64,000 nucleotides of DNA from the human T2T-CHM13v2.0 reference genome, Homo sapiens: NCBI RefSeq assembly GCF_009914755.1, contig NC_060941.1; one strand, written 5' to 3'. Under the pieces are notes generated by a model. It was not told where the DNA came from. It did no database searches and saw only the letters and a program-made list of their open reading frames with translations. Positions 1 to 13,429 of this stretch are shown here, piece by piece; position 1 is the first letter of the stretch, and the number at the start of each line of letters is the position of its first letter. Made by a program: the position numbers and the translations under genes.

Positions 1-155
<155 letters not shown>

Positions 156-183
156 TAAAATAAACATCATTGCAGGGTTTTGA

Positions 184-522
<339 letters not shown>

Positions 523-529
523 TAAAGTA

Positions 530-1487
530 AACTTTTTATTTTAGAATAGTCTTAGATTTACAGAAAAATTGCAAAGGTAATACAGAGTTCCCATATACCC
601 CACACCCATTTTCCCTGGCAGTTAACATTTTACACCAATGAATATTGATCTGTTCTTGCCTCAAGTCTGGCTTTATGCAGATTTCCTTAGCTCCTCCCCA
701 CTGTCCTTTTTCTGTCCTGAGATCCCACATCACAGTTCAGTTGTTATGTCTCCTTAGGCTCTTCTAGACAGTTCCTTAGACTTGCCTTGATTTGATAACC
801 TTGACGGTTTTAAGGAGTACCATTCCCATATTTTGTAGAAAGTCCTTCAGTTGGGGTGTGTCCAATGTTTTTCTCGTGGTTAATCTGGGGTTATAGTTAG
901 CAAGGAAGGCCACAGAGGTAAAGTGCCATTTTTATCACATCGCATGAAGGCCACATACTGTCAACATGACTTACCCCTGCTGATGTTGATCTTGACCACC
1001 TGGCTGAGGTGTGTCAGGTTTCTCCACCGTGGAGACGCTCTCTTCTCCCCTTGCCATGCCGCTTTGGGGAGGGAGGTGACTGTGTGCAGTCCAATTCCAT
1101 CGCCTCCTTGAGGGGAGCATCTACAGAAACTGTTTGGAATTCTTCTGCATGGGAGATTTGTCTCTCTTCTCCCATTCATTCGTTTTATTCAATCATTTAT
1201 TGATATCCGTATGGATTCGTGGGGGGTTATTTTGTGCTTTGGGGTCTAAACCCATACCATGTTCTTTTGCTGCTCAAATCTTTTTAGCTTTGGAGCTATT
1301 TTAGTTGGCTTCTTTGATGTACTTCCACCATTGTGTTTTTCCAGCACTTCCTCACTTTCTGACACTGCAAGATGCCTCAGGCTCATTTTGTATATTCCCT
1401 GCCCTGGCCTAGAATCTGCCATTTCTCTAAGGAGCCCTGGTTCCTTTGATTGGAGAATAGCATTAGAAACTACCATCTGGGCGCTGA
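530..1487 (-). mobile_element. Ancient L1 (L1MC-like) 3' end fragment
   Basis: AT-rich; contains L1MC-like segments tagatttacagaaaaattgcaaa and ggagccctggttcc...ggagaat. Confidence 0.65.
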
Positions 1488-2379
1488 CTTACTTTTTTAC
1501 AGAATCACTCTGGCTGTTGTGTAGATAGCAGGTTATAGCAGGGCAAAGTGAAGTGGGACAGTGGAGAGGTTGCTAGAATATAGGCCAAGTGAGCAACAAC
1601 CAAAGCTCTGGACAGGTGCTGGGGAGCAGCTTCTAACTCAGTTCAGCTGAACAATTTGAGCCCACACCCAGTTTCCATTGCTCTGGGCCAGGCACAGGGG
1701 ATGGTGGTTAACAGCTACCTTTTCTTGAGTGCTTGCTGCAGGCTGGGCAGTGTTTAGTTTTATTTGTTGTACTGTCTGCCTATATGATTGGTATATGTAT
1801 CAGAGAGAGAGAGATTGATAGAGAAGCCGCTCTAGTTACCAAGAGCCGTGACCCTTGAAGTCTGGGCCCATGGCAGATCCCACCTGCCTTATTGGGAGTA
1901 TAGGCTCTCCCACCGTGGGAGGGCCCAGGTCTTACAGGGGCCAGACAGAATCAGGGAGTGGCCCCGAGGTTGGTTGCTGGCTGTCTCAACAGCCATTGCT
2001 CTTGGGGCCACCGTGTCTATCCCTATACCTGTCCACTCCACCAGGTTTTTCTCATTTCTTGAGTTTCCAGGAGATCCCCAAGGCTGAGGGTTTCTGGATT
2101 TGGGAACTCGATGTATTTCCATCACATGCCACATTCTGGACTTGAGAGGTCTAAGGGTGCCTTGGGGAGGGTGCCCCCAGTCTTCCTGCCAGTCAGCCAG
2201 GAGGCAGGGTCTGGATAGCTGGCCCTGCAACTCAGAGTCTCAGGCTTCTCGTTCCTGGGGCCCTGCTGATTAGGATGGGGCAGGAGGCATGGGGCTGGGT
2301 TTCTTCCCTCCCTGGGTCTGCCCACTGCTTGGCTGGCCTCAGCCACAGCATCTATCACTGATGTTACAGTGTTTGGAGT

Positions 2380-2560
2380 GAGGCACATCCCGGGCCTTAT
2401 CTTTTTAATCCCTGTGCAGTCCTGTGAGGTAGGGACCGGGTTCATGCCCATTCTACATGTAAAGACCCTGAACTGAGAGTATGGAGTTTCCTGCCCAATC
2501 CCAGGACACCCCGGCAGAGGCAGGATTCAAAGCCAGGTTTCTCCAACTCCCAGCCACAGT
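2380..2560 (-). mobile_element. MIR
   Basis: Diverged MIR core (ttaatcc...tgaggtagg...cccatt.taca...ggattcaaa.ccagg). Confidence 0.65.
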
Positions 2561-3091
2561 GAACGGTGGTCTGAGTGGTCACATCCACATCTTCCCAGTT
2601 CCCCACTCCCTCCCTGCGACACCTCTCCTGTCAGCTGTCTCTGCCTCAGCCCAGGAGGTTGACATCTCCTTGCACACCTCCTTACACCCTCCCTGGGTGC
2701 ACAGCATGTCTGGGTACTGGTTCCACGAGTGCCGTGGGACTGCCACCTGCTTAAAGTTCTCTGGGGCCAAGAGGGCCTGGAGGATTGTGTGGGGTTAGGA
2801 GAGGCTCCTGATGTATATGGGGAACCCCATCAGAATCCAGATCCCTGCCTCTACCTGAGACAGTCCTGAGGCCTCCAAGGAACAGATGGGCCTCTGGTGT
2901 CTGACCCATCCAGGACAGGGCCAGAGGTGAGCCCTCTGGCTGGGAGGTCTCTTCACAGCCACCTAGGTCACCAAGCCGAGGGTGAGAGGGTCTCCTCCTG
3001 CTGCCTGCACCTGCAGGCCCCCAGCCCCTGGGGCCTCTCCCAGAAGGCCAGGGACAAGGCTCCTCAGTGCAATGATCTCCTTTTCTCCTAG

Positions 3092-3181
3092 TCCACATTC
3101 TTGAGTCTGATGACCTCCACGGCCAGCGAGGCAGCGTCCTATGAGTTCACCACTCTGACGTGTATTCCTGGGGTCATTGAA
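3092..3181 (+). CDS. DRG2: DRG2 exon 3 (STFLSLMT...YEFTTLTCIPGVIE)
   Basis: ctag|TCC...GAA|gtaagt, 90 nt. Confidence 0.96.
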
Positions 3182-3838
3182 GTAAGTGGGTGTGCTGGGC
3201 CCAGAAGGAGAAGGGGCGCATGCTTGTGTTTGGACTTGTGCCTGTGCCCACCCTGTGTGTGAGTCTGGGTGGATGTCCCCATGTCAGGACAGGCTCTGGA
3301 CTGAGCTGCTTTGCCCTCCAGCACTGACACTTCTGGGGATCCTAGCTGCTGGACCCCAGAGATGCCTGGTGGGGCCTGGAACTAGGAGGTCAGGCCAGCA
3401 TGTGGCTACTTTGCCTGGCGCCCCCTGTGCTCTCCTCCCCAACACCACCACAGCTCTGGTCACTAATTGCTGCTTGGCTGGATCCTTCTGCCTCCCCATG
3501 AAGCTTCACTGCCTTGGGCTGTGTTTGCTTTGGGCAGCTGAGTGGTATGGCCTTAAGTTCCCATGGTGAAACAATTTATTTGTAAAGTGCTGGTATCATC
3601 AGTGATGAGTGTTGTGGGATTGGAAGATCTTGAGCCCTCCCTAGGCGGCTACTCAGCTCATAGGCTGTGGTCTGCACTGGGCTGGGGTGGTGACAAGGCT
3701 CAGACTTGGCCACAGGTTGGCATCTGGGTTTCCCTCAGCCCCTGAGCCCCGGGGCCATTCCAGATGTCCCAGATCCAGACAGGACCTTTCCAGTGGAGGC
3801 CCAGCCTTGCCTTACCTTTCTTCTCTTCTGCATCCTAG

Positions 3839-3899
3839 TACAAAGGTGCCAACATCCAGCTCCTGGACCTTCCTGGAATCATTGAAGGCGCAGCCCAAG
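3839..3899 (+). CDS. DRG2: DRG2 exon 4 ([20 protein letters not shown])
   Basis: ctag|TAC...CAAG|gtggga; G3 motif DLPG. Confidence 0.96.
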
Positions 3900-4029
3900 G
3901 TGGGAGGCAGGGCAGGTGTGTGGGAAGCAGACTGGAGCTCTGTTACTGATCGTTGAAATTGGGTGTGGCTGTCATGGAGATCACTCTGGATCCCTGGTCC
4001 ATTATCCCGCTTTCCAGAAAAGACAGGTT

Positions 4030-4215
4030 CCAGTTCAAATCCTTGGCACCAAACTAGCCTTGTGATCTTGGGCAAGTGATTGGGTATCTCTAAGCCAAGC
4101 CTCAGTTTCCTCAGCTGTAGAATGGGCATAATAATACATAATTTACAGCATAGTTTTGAGGATTAAGTGAGGAAATGTTCAGGAAGCATTTAGCCTGGGC
4201 CCTGCCACATGGTAG
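4030..4215 (+). mobile_element. MIR
   Basis: gttcaaatcc...tgtgatcttgggcaagt...cctcagtttcctc. Confidence 0.75.
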
Positions 4216-4454
4216 GGGTGGGCGTAGGACAGCCGTTATTATCCTGTTACTCCTTTTATGATGGTGGTGTCGGATTTTCTTCTGAAATAAGTCTCCGTCA
4301 GTAAAACATGTGGATTAAAGAAAAATGCCAAGCTTGTGCTAGTATGTGGCAGAGGCTGTGGTAGGTCTGTAAAGGACAGGAGTCCAGGGCGCCGTGGGCT
4401 GGGTAGCAGTCACATGGGTCCACATATGTAACTGCATCCCTCACACCCATCCAG

Positions 4455-4545
4455 GAAAAGGCCGTGGCCGGCAGGTGATCGCTGTGGCGCGCACGGCTGA
4501 CGTCATCATCATGATGCTGGATGCCACCAAGGGAGAGGTGCAGAG
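4455..4545 (+). CDS. DRG2: DRG2 exon 5 ([31 protein letters not shown])
   Basis: ccag|GAAAAG...CAGAG|gtccgc. Confidence 0.96.
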
Positions 4546-5184
4546 GTCCGCAGGGTGGGGCATGGGGCAGGCTCACATGTCTGGGGAGGGCCAATGTGTC
4601 CCTGAGCTCGTACTAGGCGGCCTGTGGGTGTTTGGCTCTCTCACACGTGAGAGTAGTGGTAGGACTTGTCACAGACTAAACCCAACACCACCCAGCCTAT
4701 GGCGTCTTCTCCTCAAGGCTTGTGTCCAGCCAGCACAGAGGTATCTTGGGACTGGGGGCCGAGGGGCTTGGCCTGGCCCTGCTTCCTGTTCAGAGGCACA
4801 GGTGCCTCATCACTGCCCAGAACCTGCCAGGAGCCCAGCCCCAGGCACAGAAGCATTGTTCATCCACATCCTGGCAGAGGGGTACACCAGGCCTGCCTCC
4901 TCGGGACCAGAAGGAGTACCCTCATGTGGTCACCTCGCGGGGGCTCCACCACTTGCCTGTGCATGCCGACCGTAAACCGGGCCAGTCCCCTCTGGGACTG
5001 TGGCAGAGTTTAGAAGTTCCCTGCAGCTCTAGGGCATTGGGAAGGAGTGTTCTCTGGGTTGCTGGGGAAGGGGGTGGAGGAGAGAGTCAGTCTCTGGGTG
5101 GGCAGTGACATCCTGCGTAACAGGGAAGCTGTGCATCTGGCTCTGTGGACAGCCTATGAGGGGCTTAAGGGGTACTCTGCCTAG

Positions 5185-5257
5185 GTCTCTGCTGGAGAAG
5201 GAGCTGGAGTCTGTGGGCATCCGCCTCAACAAGCACAAGCCTAACATCTACTTCAAG
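5185..5257 (+). CDS. DRG2: DRG2 exon 6 ([24 protein letters not shown])
   Basis: ctag|GTCT...CAAG|gtgagg. Confidence 0.96.
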
Positions 5258-5390
5258 GTGAGGCACCTCTCTGGCCTTCAGGCCAGGGGTGTGGCAGTTT
5301 TGAGACTGCATTGGCTGGCGGCTGAGGCTGTGGGACCATTGCTGTGACCCCTCGGTCAGCAGTTCTCCCCATCCCTTTCTCCTCTTTCAG

Positions 5391-5481
5391 CCCAAGAAAG
5401 GTGGTGGCATCTCCTTTAACTCGACAGTCACGCTGACCCAGTGCTCGGAAAAGCTGGTGCAGCTCATCCTGCACGAATACA
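5391..5481 (+). CDS. DRG2: DRG2 exon 7 (PKKGGGISFNSTVTLTQCSEKLVQLILHEY)
   Basis: ttcag|CCC...TACA|gtatcctt. Confidence 0.95.
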
Positions 5482-6314
5482 GTATCCTTCCCTGAAAGAC
5501 ACGTGAAGGAGGGCAGCCACCACCGTCAGCGCAGCGGGGGGACTGACTAAGACAGGAGGCCTCATGGAGCAGGGTGGCAGCAGGTCACCCCCACTGCCCC
5601 TGCTGTCCATTCAAGTAGCCTCTGGGCAAGCTCCAGACTGCCAGGTCTGCAGCCGTGCACTTGACAATGGCTTCCTGGCTCCTCACCAAGTACTGGGCAC
5701 TGTGGTAGCCAGATGACATCCGGAAGAAAAAGATGTCATGGGAAACAGCCTCTGAGGACGGGGGGTTCCTAGCCTGGAGAAGCCCCAGGGAGAGCTGGGG
5801 AATGGGTGGTGCCTCTAAAGTAGTGTCGGGGGCTGGTTGTGTTCTGGGGCCCTGGGGATAGGGCAGGGCCTTGGGCAGAGTTATGCCTGGCATATAGAGA
5901 ACTCTTAGAGTCAGCTGTGAGCCCCTCGTTGCCAGAGGTGTGCAAGCAGAGGCAGGATGGCCCCCAGTGGAGTCCTGCATGGAAGAAGCTGGGTTCGACC
6001 AGCTTTCAGATGCTCCTGGTGCTAAAACCCAGGCTTCCCCTGAGGGGCTTTGGGGATTCTAGCAGGTACGTTTTTCTCCCTGCCTAGCTGTCAAGATTAA
6101 AACTCTGTGTTGATTGAAACTTTTATATATTGTGGTCCCTCTGGGGAAGAGAACAGAGGGCTTCCAAAGCATTACAATCTTGCAAAACCTCACAAGCAGA
6201 TACCGCCACGGTCCCACACGGCCAGCATATTTCCTGCTTGGCTTTTTGGGGCCCTCCGCTGATGGGGGACAGGGGCAGCTGGTGCACAGGTTGCCCTTAA
6301 TCGGAGCCCCTCAG
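5482..6314 (+). other. DRG2: U12-type (minor spliceosome) GT-AG intron 7 of DRG2
   Basis: 5' site GTATCCTT; branch-like CCCTTAAT at 6294-6301 about 14 nt before the AG; no polypyrimidine tract. Confidence 0.9.
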
Positions 6315-6412
6315 AGATCTTCAATGCAGAAGTGCTTTTCCGAGAAGACTGCTCCCCGGACGAGTTCATCGATGTGATCGTGGGCAACCGGGTGTACATG
6401 CCCTGCCTGTAT
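6315..6412 (+). CDS. DRG2: DRG2 exon 8 (KIFNAEVLFREDCSPDEFIDVIVGNRVYMPCLY)
   Basis: tcag|AGATC...TAT|gtaagt. Confidence 0.95.
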
Positions 6413-6742
6413 GTAAGTGCAGGAGGGGAGCCCTGGCCTGGCCACTCGGCCTTTCTACCACATGCATTTCCTCAGCTCCCGGAACCTTGTGAGAGAAGCA
6501 GAAAGAGTCTGAGGCTCTCCCCTCACCTCACCTCACCTCAGTGGCTGCTTGGATCTTGCAGACATAGAGAGCTTGAAACCAGGGTTCCAGCCCAGCCTTC
6601 CCAACCCTGAGGCAGCAAGGGGAGGAAGGGCGTAGACTCAGCTCTCCAAGGAAGGGCTGCAGCCGGCACAGGGCGATGGAGGGCCCTTTCCTGGATGCCT
6701 TGCTCCTGTCCTCAGCACCGGCCTCCACCTTCTCAATCTCAG

Positions 6743-6819
6743 GTTTATAACAAAATCGACCAGATCTCCATGGAAGAGGTGGACCGCCTGGCCCGAAAAC
6801 CCAACAGTGTGGTCATCAG
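6743..6819 (+). CDS. DRG2: DRG2 exon 9 ([26 protein letters not shown])
   Basis: tcag|GTT...CAG|gtgagg; G4 motif NKID. Confidence 0.96.
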
Positions 6820-7162
6820 GTGAGGCCACTGGCATCCTGCCACTCTGCTGTCCTTGCTGTGGGTTCTGACCCCAGTCGTCAGGCCTCCCAGCCACTTTGG
6901 CTGTGGAGGAGGAAAAGCCAGCACAGCCTCCAGCAGCACACAGCCGTCACGGAGCCCAGGACTTCCTGCCCAGGGCAGAGCACTTTGTCCATGAGGCCAA
7001 GGAGACACTGCAGGAGGGTCCCCTTCATAGCTGCTGGAGGCATTGGCCCATTCCAGTTCTGAATTGCCGTGGGCAGGGTGGGTGACGTCTTGTGGGCTCT
7101 GGTTAAGAAAACAGAAGGATTTCATCAACCAAGGTTGAATGGCTAAGAGGCTTCTTAACTTA

Positions 7163-7468
<306 letters not shown>

Positions 7469-8075
7469 TTAGTAGTGAACCAAGGTCCCCCCAAGAAGCC
7501 CTGGGTGTGAGCCTACCTCTCCTGGTGCTCTGGAAGGTGTGGCTTCTGTCTGATCACAGCTCAAAGGGAAAAAGGGAACTAATGTTCTCAGGCCCTGGCC
7601 ACTCACTTCCTGCCCTCCTTTGCAGGGTGGGTCCCTGGGGTACCGCCTGCACTCTGGATGTTTGTTCACTTGCCACCACAGCCTGGCAGGCTCCTCTTTG
7701 GGGCAGACTGATTCAGGTGCTCCACTTTGCTGGTTTCCTGACTTGAGGCAGGCACTCCACAGCTTCACAGTGAAGCTTGGCCAACAGTACTGAGAGCTCA
7801 GGGACCAAGAGGCTGGACAGCGCAAATGATGGATGAGGGTCCCGGCCTGAGCACAAGGACCATTTTGTGGTGGTTGTAGCCACCACAAAGAGCAGTGTCA
7901 GTTCTACAGCACAGCCTCAGGTCCTCTCCTCCTGCTGTGTCCCAGGCTTTTGAGGGGCTGCCATCCTCAGGGCGTGAGAGCTTCTACACCTTTACCTGCT
8001 TGTGCTCAGAATAGCTCTACAGAGGTCAGGACACAGCTTGGGGTCACGGCGCAAACCTTCAAGCCACGGTCCACC

Positions 8076-8179
8076 CAGTATTTGGAGCAAGGCACATCCC
8101 GGGCCTTATCTTTTTAATCCCTCTGCAGTCCTGTGAGGTAGGGACTGGGTTCATGCCTGTTCTACATGTAAAGGCTCTG
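8076..8179 (+). repeat. 104-bp direct copy of 2367-2470 (MIR-derived)
   Basis: Ungapped manual alignment, 95/104 identical. Confidence 0.9.
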
Positions 8180-8614
8180 GTGTCTCCAGAGCCTTGGTTC
8201 TCCCCTCTTCTTGCTGAAATCCCTGCTGGACTTCCTGGCAGTCCCTTGCTCCTCTCAAGGAGTGAACTCTGGGTGTCAGGGTTCCTAGCCTTTGCCCATG
8301 GTCCCGTCACAGCCCCCGGCCATCTCGCCATGGCAGCCCTTCACTAATCACACATGCTGCAACCCTCCACAGAGCACAGGCTTGCCAGCCCCTAGGAGAG
8401 ATGCTGACCCTGGTTGAGTGTGACCATGATTGGTGCCCAGAGGCACTGGCAGCAGAAACATCAGGCTGCCATCATAGTAATGGGCTTGTTTCCCTGTGGG
8501 TACCAGCGGGCCACCTGGCCAGTGGAGGTTATCCGCTCCAATAGTGAGAAGTGGAGACCCCAGCCTCTGAATTCACAGGGGCCCCTGCCTGACTGGCCGC
8601 CTCCCTCTTTGCAG

Positions 8615-8703
8615 CTGCGGCATGAAGCTGAACCTGGACTATCTGCTGGAGATGCTTTGGGAGTACTTGGCCCTGACCTGCATCTACACCAAGAAGAGAG
8701 GAC
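8615..8703 (+). CDS. DRG2: DRG2 exon 10 (CGMKLNLDYLLEMLWEYLALTCIYTKKRG)
   Basis: gcag|CTGC...GGAC|gtgagt. Confidence 0.96.
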
Positions 8704-9436
8704 GTGAGTTGCACTGCGCGTAGCTGAAAAACAGGCTGAGCTTCATCCCTAGAAGGCTGCCAGGCCGGTGTGTGGTGCCCAGAGACCCCAGCACCGGCTC
8801 TGGCCTGGCTTGTCTAGACACACCTCAGCTCTTTTCCCTTCTCAGCACTGGGCACTGCTGGTTTTGAGGGTACCCTGGTGGGGCAAGGCTACCTTGGGGT
8901 CCCCACTGGCTGTAGCAGTCAGTGCCCTCCTGACCTCCCCTCACAGTGACAGGCCCTACCGCAGGAGCATTAGGGACCTGAATCCACAGGAGCCATCCCC
9001 ATGTCTAACTCCTGCCCATCCTCCTGGTGCGCACACACACATGCCCTGGGGTCCCAACAGCTGAATTCGGAGCAGTTTGCATCAACCCTGACTTTGGCAA
9101 GGAGTGAGCTACAGCTTCCCTCACTAGACTCCAGCATCCCTTTGCGCCCTGCCCGTTCAGTCCAGGTCCTGGTCTCTGTCAGTGCTGTCACAGCAGATGG
9201 GTGGCAGGCACTGTGAATCCTAGACGTGATTTATTTTGAGTCACTGTGTTAAGATCAAGGTCGTAGAAGATGGTACAGGGATCTATGTGGAGGGTGTGCT
9301 GGATGTCAGGGGGAGGTTAGGCCAAGGCAAGGAGACCGAAAGGGCCTCTGTGGCCAGCTCTTCCCTCGCGCAGAATCACAAGATGGCAGTGTGGGCCCTG
9401 ATGTGTGGCTGACGTTCTCCCCATCCTGCCCTGCAG

Positions 9437-9495
9437 AGAGGCCAGACTTCACAGACGCCATCATTCTCCGGAAAGGGGCCTCAGTGGAGCACGTG
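9437..9495 (+). CDS. DRG2: DRG2 exon 11 (QRPDFTDAIILRKGASVEHV)
   Basis: gcag|AGAGG...GTG|gtgagt. Confidence 0.95.
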
Positions 9496-11246
9496 GTGAG
9501 TTGACAAGACCTGCCGTGACAAGGGGTGGGAGCTCTGCATGCCCTTTGGGGCTCTGTTCTGCCTGAGGTGCCCTGGGCTGGGGGTGGGCTCTGCTGGTCT
9601 CACTCTCAGATGTCAACGCAGGCTCTGGAGTTGGACAGCCTGGGGCTGCGTCTGCAGCACCCCTTCTTAGCCATGTGCCGAGGCTCTGACCTCTACTGTG
9701 AGGGGGGTGTGCTGCCTGCCCCCTGGATAGTCAGGAGGACACGTTGAATGAGGTCCAGTGTGTAGGGCACTCAGCATGCTGCCTGGCTCTGCAGAGATGC
9801 CAGTAACCCTGCTTCCATGCCATTCAGGCATCAGTCAAGGAGAGTAGGGAGTGGCACCAGCTTAACACAGAGGTCAGGACAGCGGCTTCAAGGAGGCAAC
9901 CTGAGCCGGCTTATAGGACTAGTGGGTCTGGCAGTGAAGAGTTGGGGTGGGGAGCATCCCAGGTAGGGGAGCAGGCATGCACAGGCCCCAGGGGAGGTGG
10001 TCTGGGCTCAGGGAGCAAGAGGCTGCCTTTCCCTGTCCAGGATTCTGTCACCTGAACATGACCCTGCAGGCACAGATGGTGGCCAACCTTCGGGTCACAT
10101 GGCCGTCCTCCTGGGCTGATGCTTTCCTGGTGTTGTTTTCCTCTAGCTCATTTCTTCTTGGGATCTGTATCCTGGAGGCAAGGGATGCTGTAGACCCAGC
10201 TGTCCCTGCAGCCCCTTAGGACAGTGGTGGCAGGGCCTGTAATCTGGTCTCATGCATTCATTCATTCCGCAAGCCCAGCCCCAGGTCTCTGAGTGCCACC
10301 CTAGAGGTGTTAAACAAAGGAGGCCAGGCAAAGTCCCATCTCCCTCAGGGCCTAGGCTTGAGATCACAGCAGGAGGAGCCAAGGAGACTCACGATTACCC
10401 TCCTGAATCCCTTCAGTCACTCACAAGTGGCAATGCTGGGCAAGCTGAGTAAAACAAAACCCATCTGCAGACCAGAGTCAGCCACCTTCCCATCTGTGTC
10501 AAGGAAGTGTTCCTGCAGGCCTGGCGCTGGCCTCCGCCCCAGGGACGCTGGGCTGAGGTGTTGGGTCTCCCACCAGGGCCTGGAAGACCTGTGGGCATGT
10601 GGGAGGAGGAGTCACATTGCACAATTGCAGAGTCCCCTCCCCACCGCCCTCCACTGTGCCACCATCAGCGTGGCAACCAGAGGTCTACACTCTCAGGGCA
10701 ATTGCTGGCTGCCTCCTCCAGGGTCTCCTTCCAGTTTTATATGACATCTGGGACCCCTGGGATCTTCACCCCTACCAAGGAGCACTGAAGTTTATACACT
10801 GCCCTGGGAGTTGGGGGTGATGTGATGTGTGGGAAGCTTCAGGCCACAGGTGGGGCCAGGAGGAGTGAGAGATGGTGACCAAGCAGGGGGGACTCCAAGC
10901 TATCACCCTGTCCCATTCTAAAGGAGCATCTGTTCAGGCAAGGCAAGCAGAGGGCCACTAGCAGCCAGGCCCCTGACCTTCCCCTGGTGGCTTTGGGAAC
11001 ATTCCTAACTATGCACCACAGCTGGCAGATCAGGAGTGGGAATGGCAGGGCCACCTGCAGCTGTGATTGGGTGGCTATGTGCGAATTGAGCACGTCAGTC
11101 CTCCACACAAGGCCCAGACTGTGTGGGCACCTGCCGCGGGAACTCCTGCCTCTTGGCCTGTGTCCTGAGCTTTGGGTGTGCAGCCAAGCTTGGGATGGGG
11201 TTAGGTGAAGCCTCACCTCTCTACCTGACTCTCTCCTGTCCTCCAG

Positions 11247-11300
11247 TGCCACCGCATCCACCGGTCACTCGCCAGCCAGTTCAAGTACGCCCTGGTGTGG
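11247..11300 (+). CDS. DRG2: DRG2 exon 12 (CHRIHRSLASQFKYALVW)
   Basis: ccag|TGC...TGG|gtgagt, phase 0 at both ends. Confidence 0.96.
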
Positions 11301-11486
11301 GTGAGTCTCTGGGTGGAAAGCAACCAGGGGGGTAGACCCAGGACAGCCCCTGGGTTAGGCATGAAGCAAGGCATTCACACTCTCTGCGTGGTGTTCCTGT
11401 CCTTCCTGTGGGGATTGGCATGTCTGTGTGTCTGTCCTCCATAGAATGTACATGCCAACCCAGGGTAGACATGGGCCTTCCCCACC

Positions 11487-11793
11487 CTTTTTTTTTTCTG
11501 GTTTTTTTTTTTTTTTTTTTTGAGACAGGGTCTGGCTCTGTCTCCCACGCTGGAGTGCAGTGGCACGATCATGGCCCAGTGCAGCCTCGACATCTGTGCA
11601 AAAGCGATCCTCCCACCTCAGCATCACAAGTAGCTGGGACTACAGGCACACACCACCATGCCTGGCTAATTTTTCATGGAGACAAGGTTTCGCTATCTGG
11701 CCCAGGCTGTCTCAAACACCTGAGCTCAAGTGATCCTCCCACCTTGACCTCCAGAAGTGCTGGGATTACAGGCATTAGCCACTGTGCCTGGCC
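11487..11793 (-). mobile_element. Alu (J-like)
   Basis: Poly-T followed by a diverged reverse Alu. Confidence 0.92.
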
Positions 11794-11966
11794 CTCCCCA
11801 ACCTTTGAGATCAGGGATGGTCAGACAACTGCGGACATCCTGCTGCCTGAGGCCCCCACCTTATGCCATGGCATTTACCCTTCAGGACACACACGCCCAG
11901 GGATATCTTCCTTGACCTTGGCCAGTCCAGGCTGAGGTGACCCCTCTGCCCCCATTCCTCACCCAG

Positions 11967-12053
11967 GGCACCAGCACCAAGTACAGTCCGCAGCGGGTGG
12001 GCCTGACCCACACCATGGAGCATGAGGACGTCATCCAGATCGTGAAGAAGTAA
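11967..12053 (+). CDS. DRG2: DRG2 exon 13, coding part (GTSTKYSPQRVGLTHTMEHEDVIQIVKK*)
   Basis: ccag|GGC; TAA at 12051-12053. Confidence 0.96.
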   Translation, partial: GTSTKYSPQRVGLTHTMEHEDVIQIVKK

Positions 12054-12763
12054 CGGCGCCTGCCGGGCCTCCCGCCCACCTGCCTCGTCTCCCTGGGGAG
12101 GTGGTCCCACTGGGACACACAAACACCCAAACAGAAAAATACAAATACACATACCCCAGGAAGGGGTCCCTCAAGTCTCTGCTATTTACAGAAGTTTCTT
12201 CAGTAGGCAGACGAAGAGTGTGTTGGGGCAAAGGGGCTCGGTTGGAGGCATTTCCCATAAGACTGAGCCCTCTCATGGGGGTTTTGAGTTTGTAGTGCTG
12301 AGCCTGCATCTGTGCCTCCCAGCCCCCTGCACTGAGGGAGCAAGTTGCCCACATGCCCGCCAGCCAGGGCCTAAAGCAGATGGCATGCTCAGTGCCAGGC
12401 TGGTAGCTGGGCCTGTTTGGGTCCCTGGAGGCTGTGGCTGCTGTCATGGCACCTCACTCCCTCAGCTCTTGCCAGCTTCTCTGACACTTGGGTTGGGGGC
12501 CCTTCCAGGAGGAAACCCCCTTGGGTGCCCCACACAGGGCTCTCCATGATGGGAACCAGTGGTTAGTGGCTTCAAAGGCCCAGCTGACACCCTCCACAGC
12601 CTAAGGGGTGTCCTAAAGTGCCTCCCCCTGTATTCCCCTTCCCAGGGCAGCCCCTGCCCAGCACAAAACCCCAGGACCCTGGCTCTGCACGCCTGGGGCA
12701 GGGACTTTTGAGTTTAGGATCTGTATTTTCTAAGTCCCCAGTTCTCCTGGCTCTCCTTTCTGA

Positions 12764-12769
12764 AATAAA
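12764..12769 (+). terminator. DRG2: DRG2 polyadenylation signal AATAAA
   Basis: AATAAA about 710 nt after the stop codon, with T/GT-rich sequence downstream. Confidence 0.8.
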
Positions 12770-13429
12770 GGATTGAAAACGGTTCCTGTTCAGACTGAGA
12801 ACACTTTGTAAACTTGCTGAACAGTAGCCAGGTTGAGTCAGGTGGGCACAGGTCAGGCATTGGGCCTGGGGGTCGGAGAGGGTGCAGCCTGGGCCCCAAG
12901 GCAGACCCAGGCCTTGTGTGGCAAGGAGACTGCAGGGTTCCTCACCCAGGCACAGGCAGGCTCTGCCCAGGGGGTTGGTGTTCGGGGGTGTCAGGCCCAG
13001 ACTGGCCCCTCCGGAGGGGCCTGGCTGCCAAGGTGGGCAGCATCCCAGGAGGCCCTTGTGACCATCTGGGCTGGCAGGGAGGCTCTGTGAGAACAAGGTG
13101 GCGGGTCATTTCCTGTTGCCTCAGAAGTCAGGAGTAGAGGGGCTGGCAGGGGCTCGATGAGTGCCTACCGTGTGCCAGGGACTGTGCCAGGCCCCCCACA
13201 GTGTTCTGCTGTCCCCCAGAAGCTGGTGTAGGCTGCACAGTTTGTGAGTGCAGACCCCGGATTTAAGACCTCTGAGCAGCGGGGAAGGCTTCCTGGAGGA
13301 GGTATGCCTTTTGAGATGGATGCAGCAGGTTCTGTGAGGCTGCCAGGAGGGGTAGAGTTCCCGGGGGCCTCGGGCCCCGCTGGAGTGTGGAGCAGGCCCA
13401 TGCTCAGCTCTCCAGGCTGTTCGTGGCTC

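Noticed and set aside
12585-12611. GACACCC...GGGTGTC hairpin in the DRG2 3'UTR
   Set aside because: A short stem is expected by chance in GC-rich sequence, and I recognise no IRE or SECIS motif
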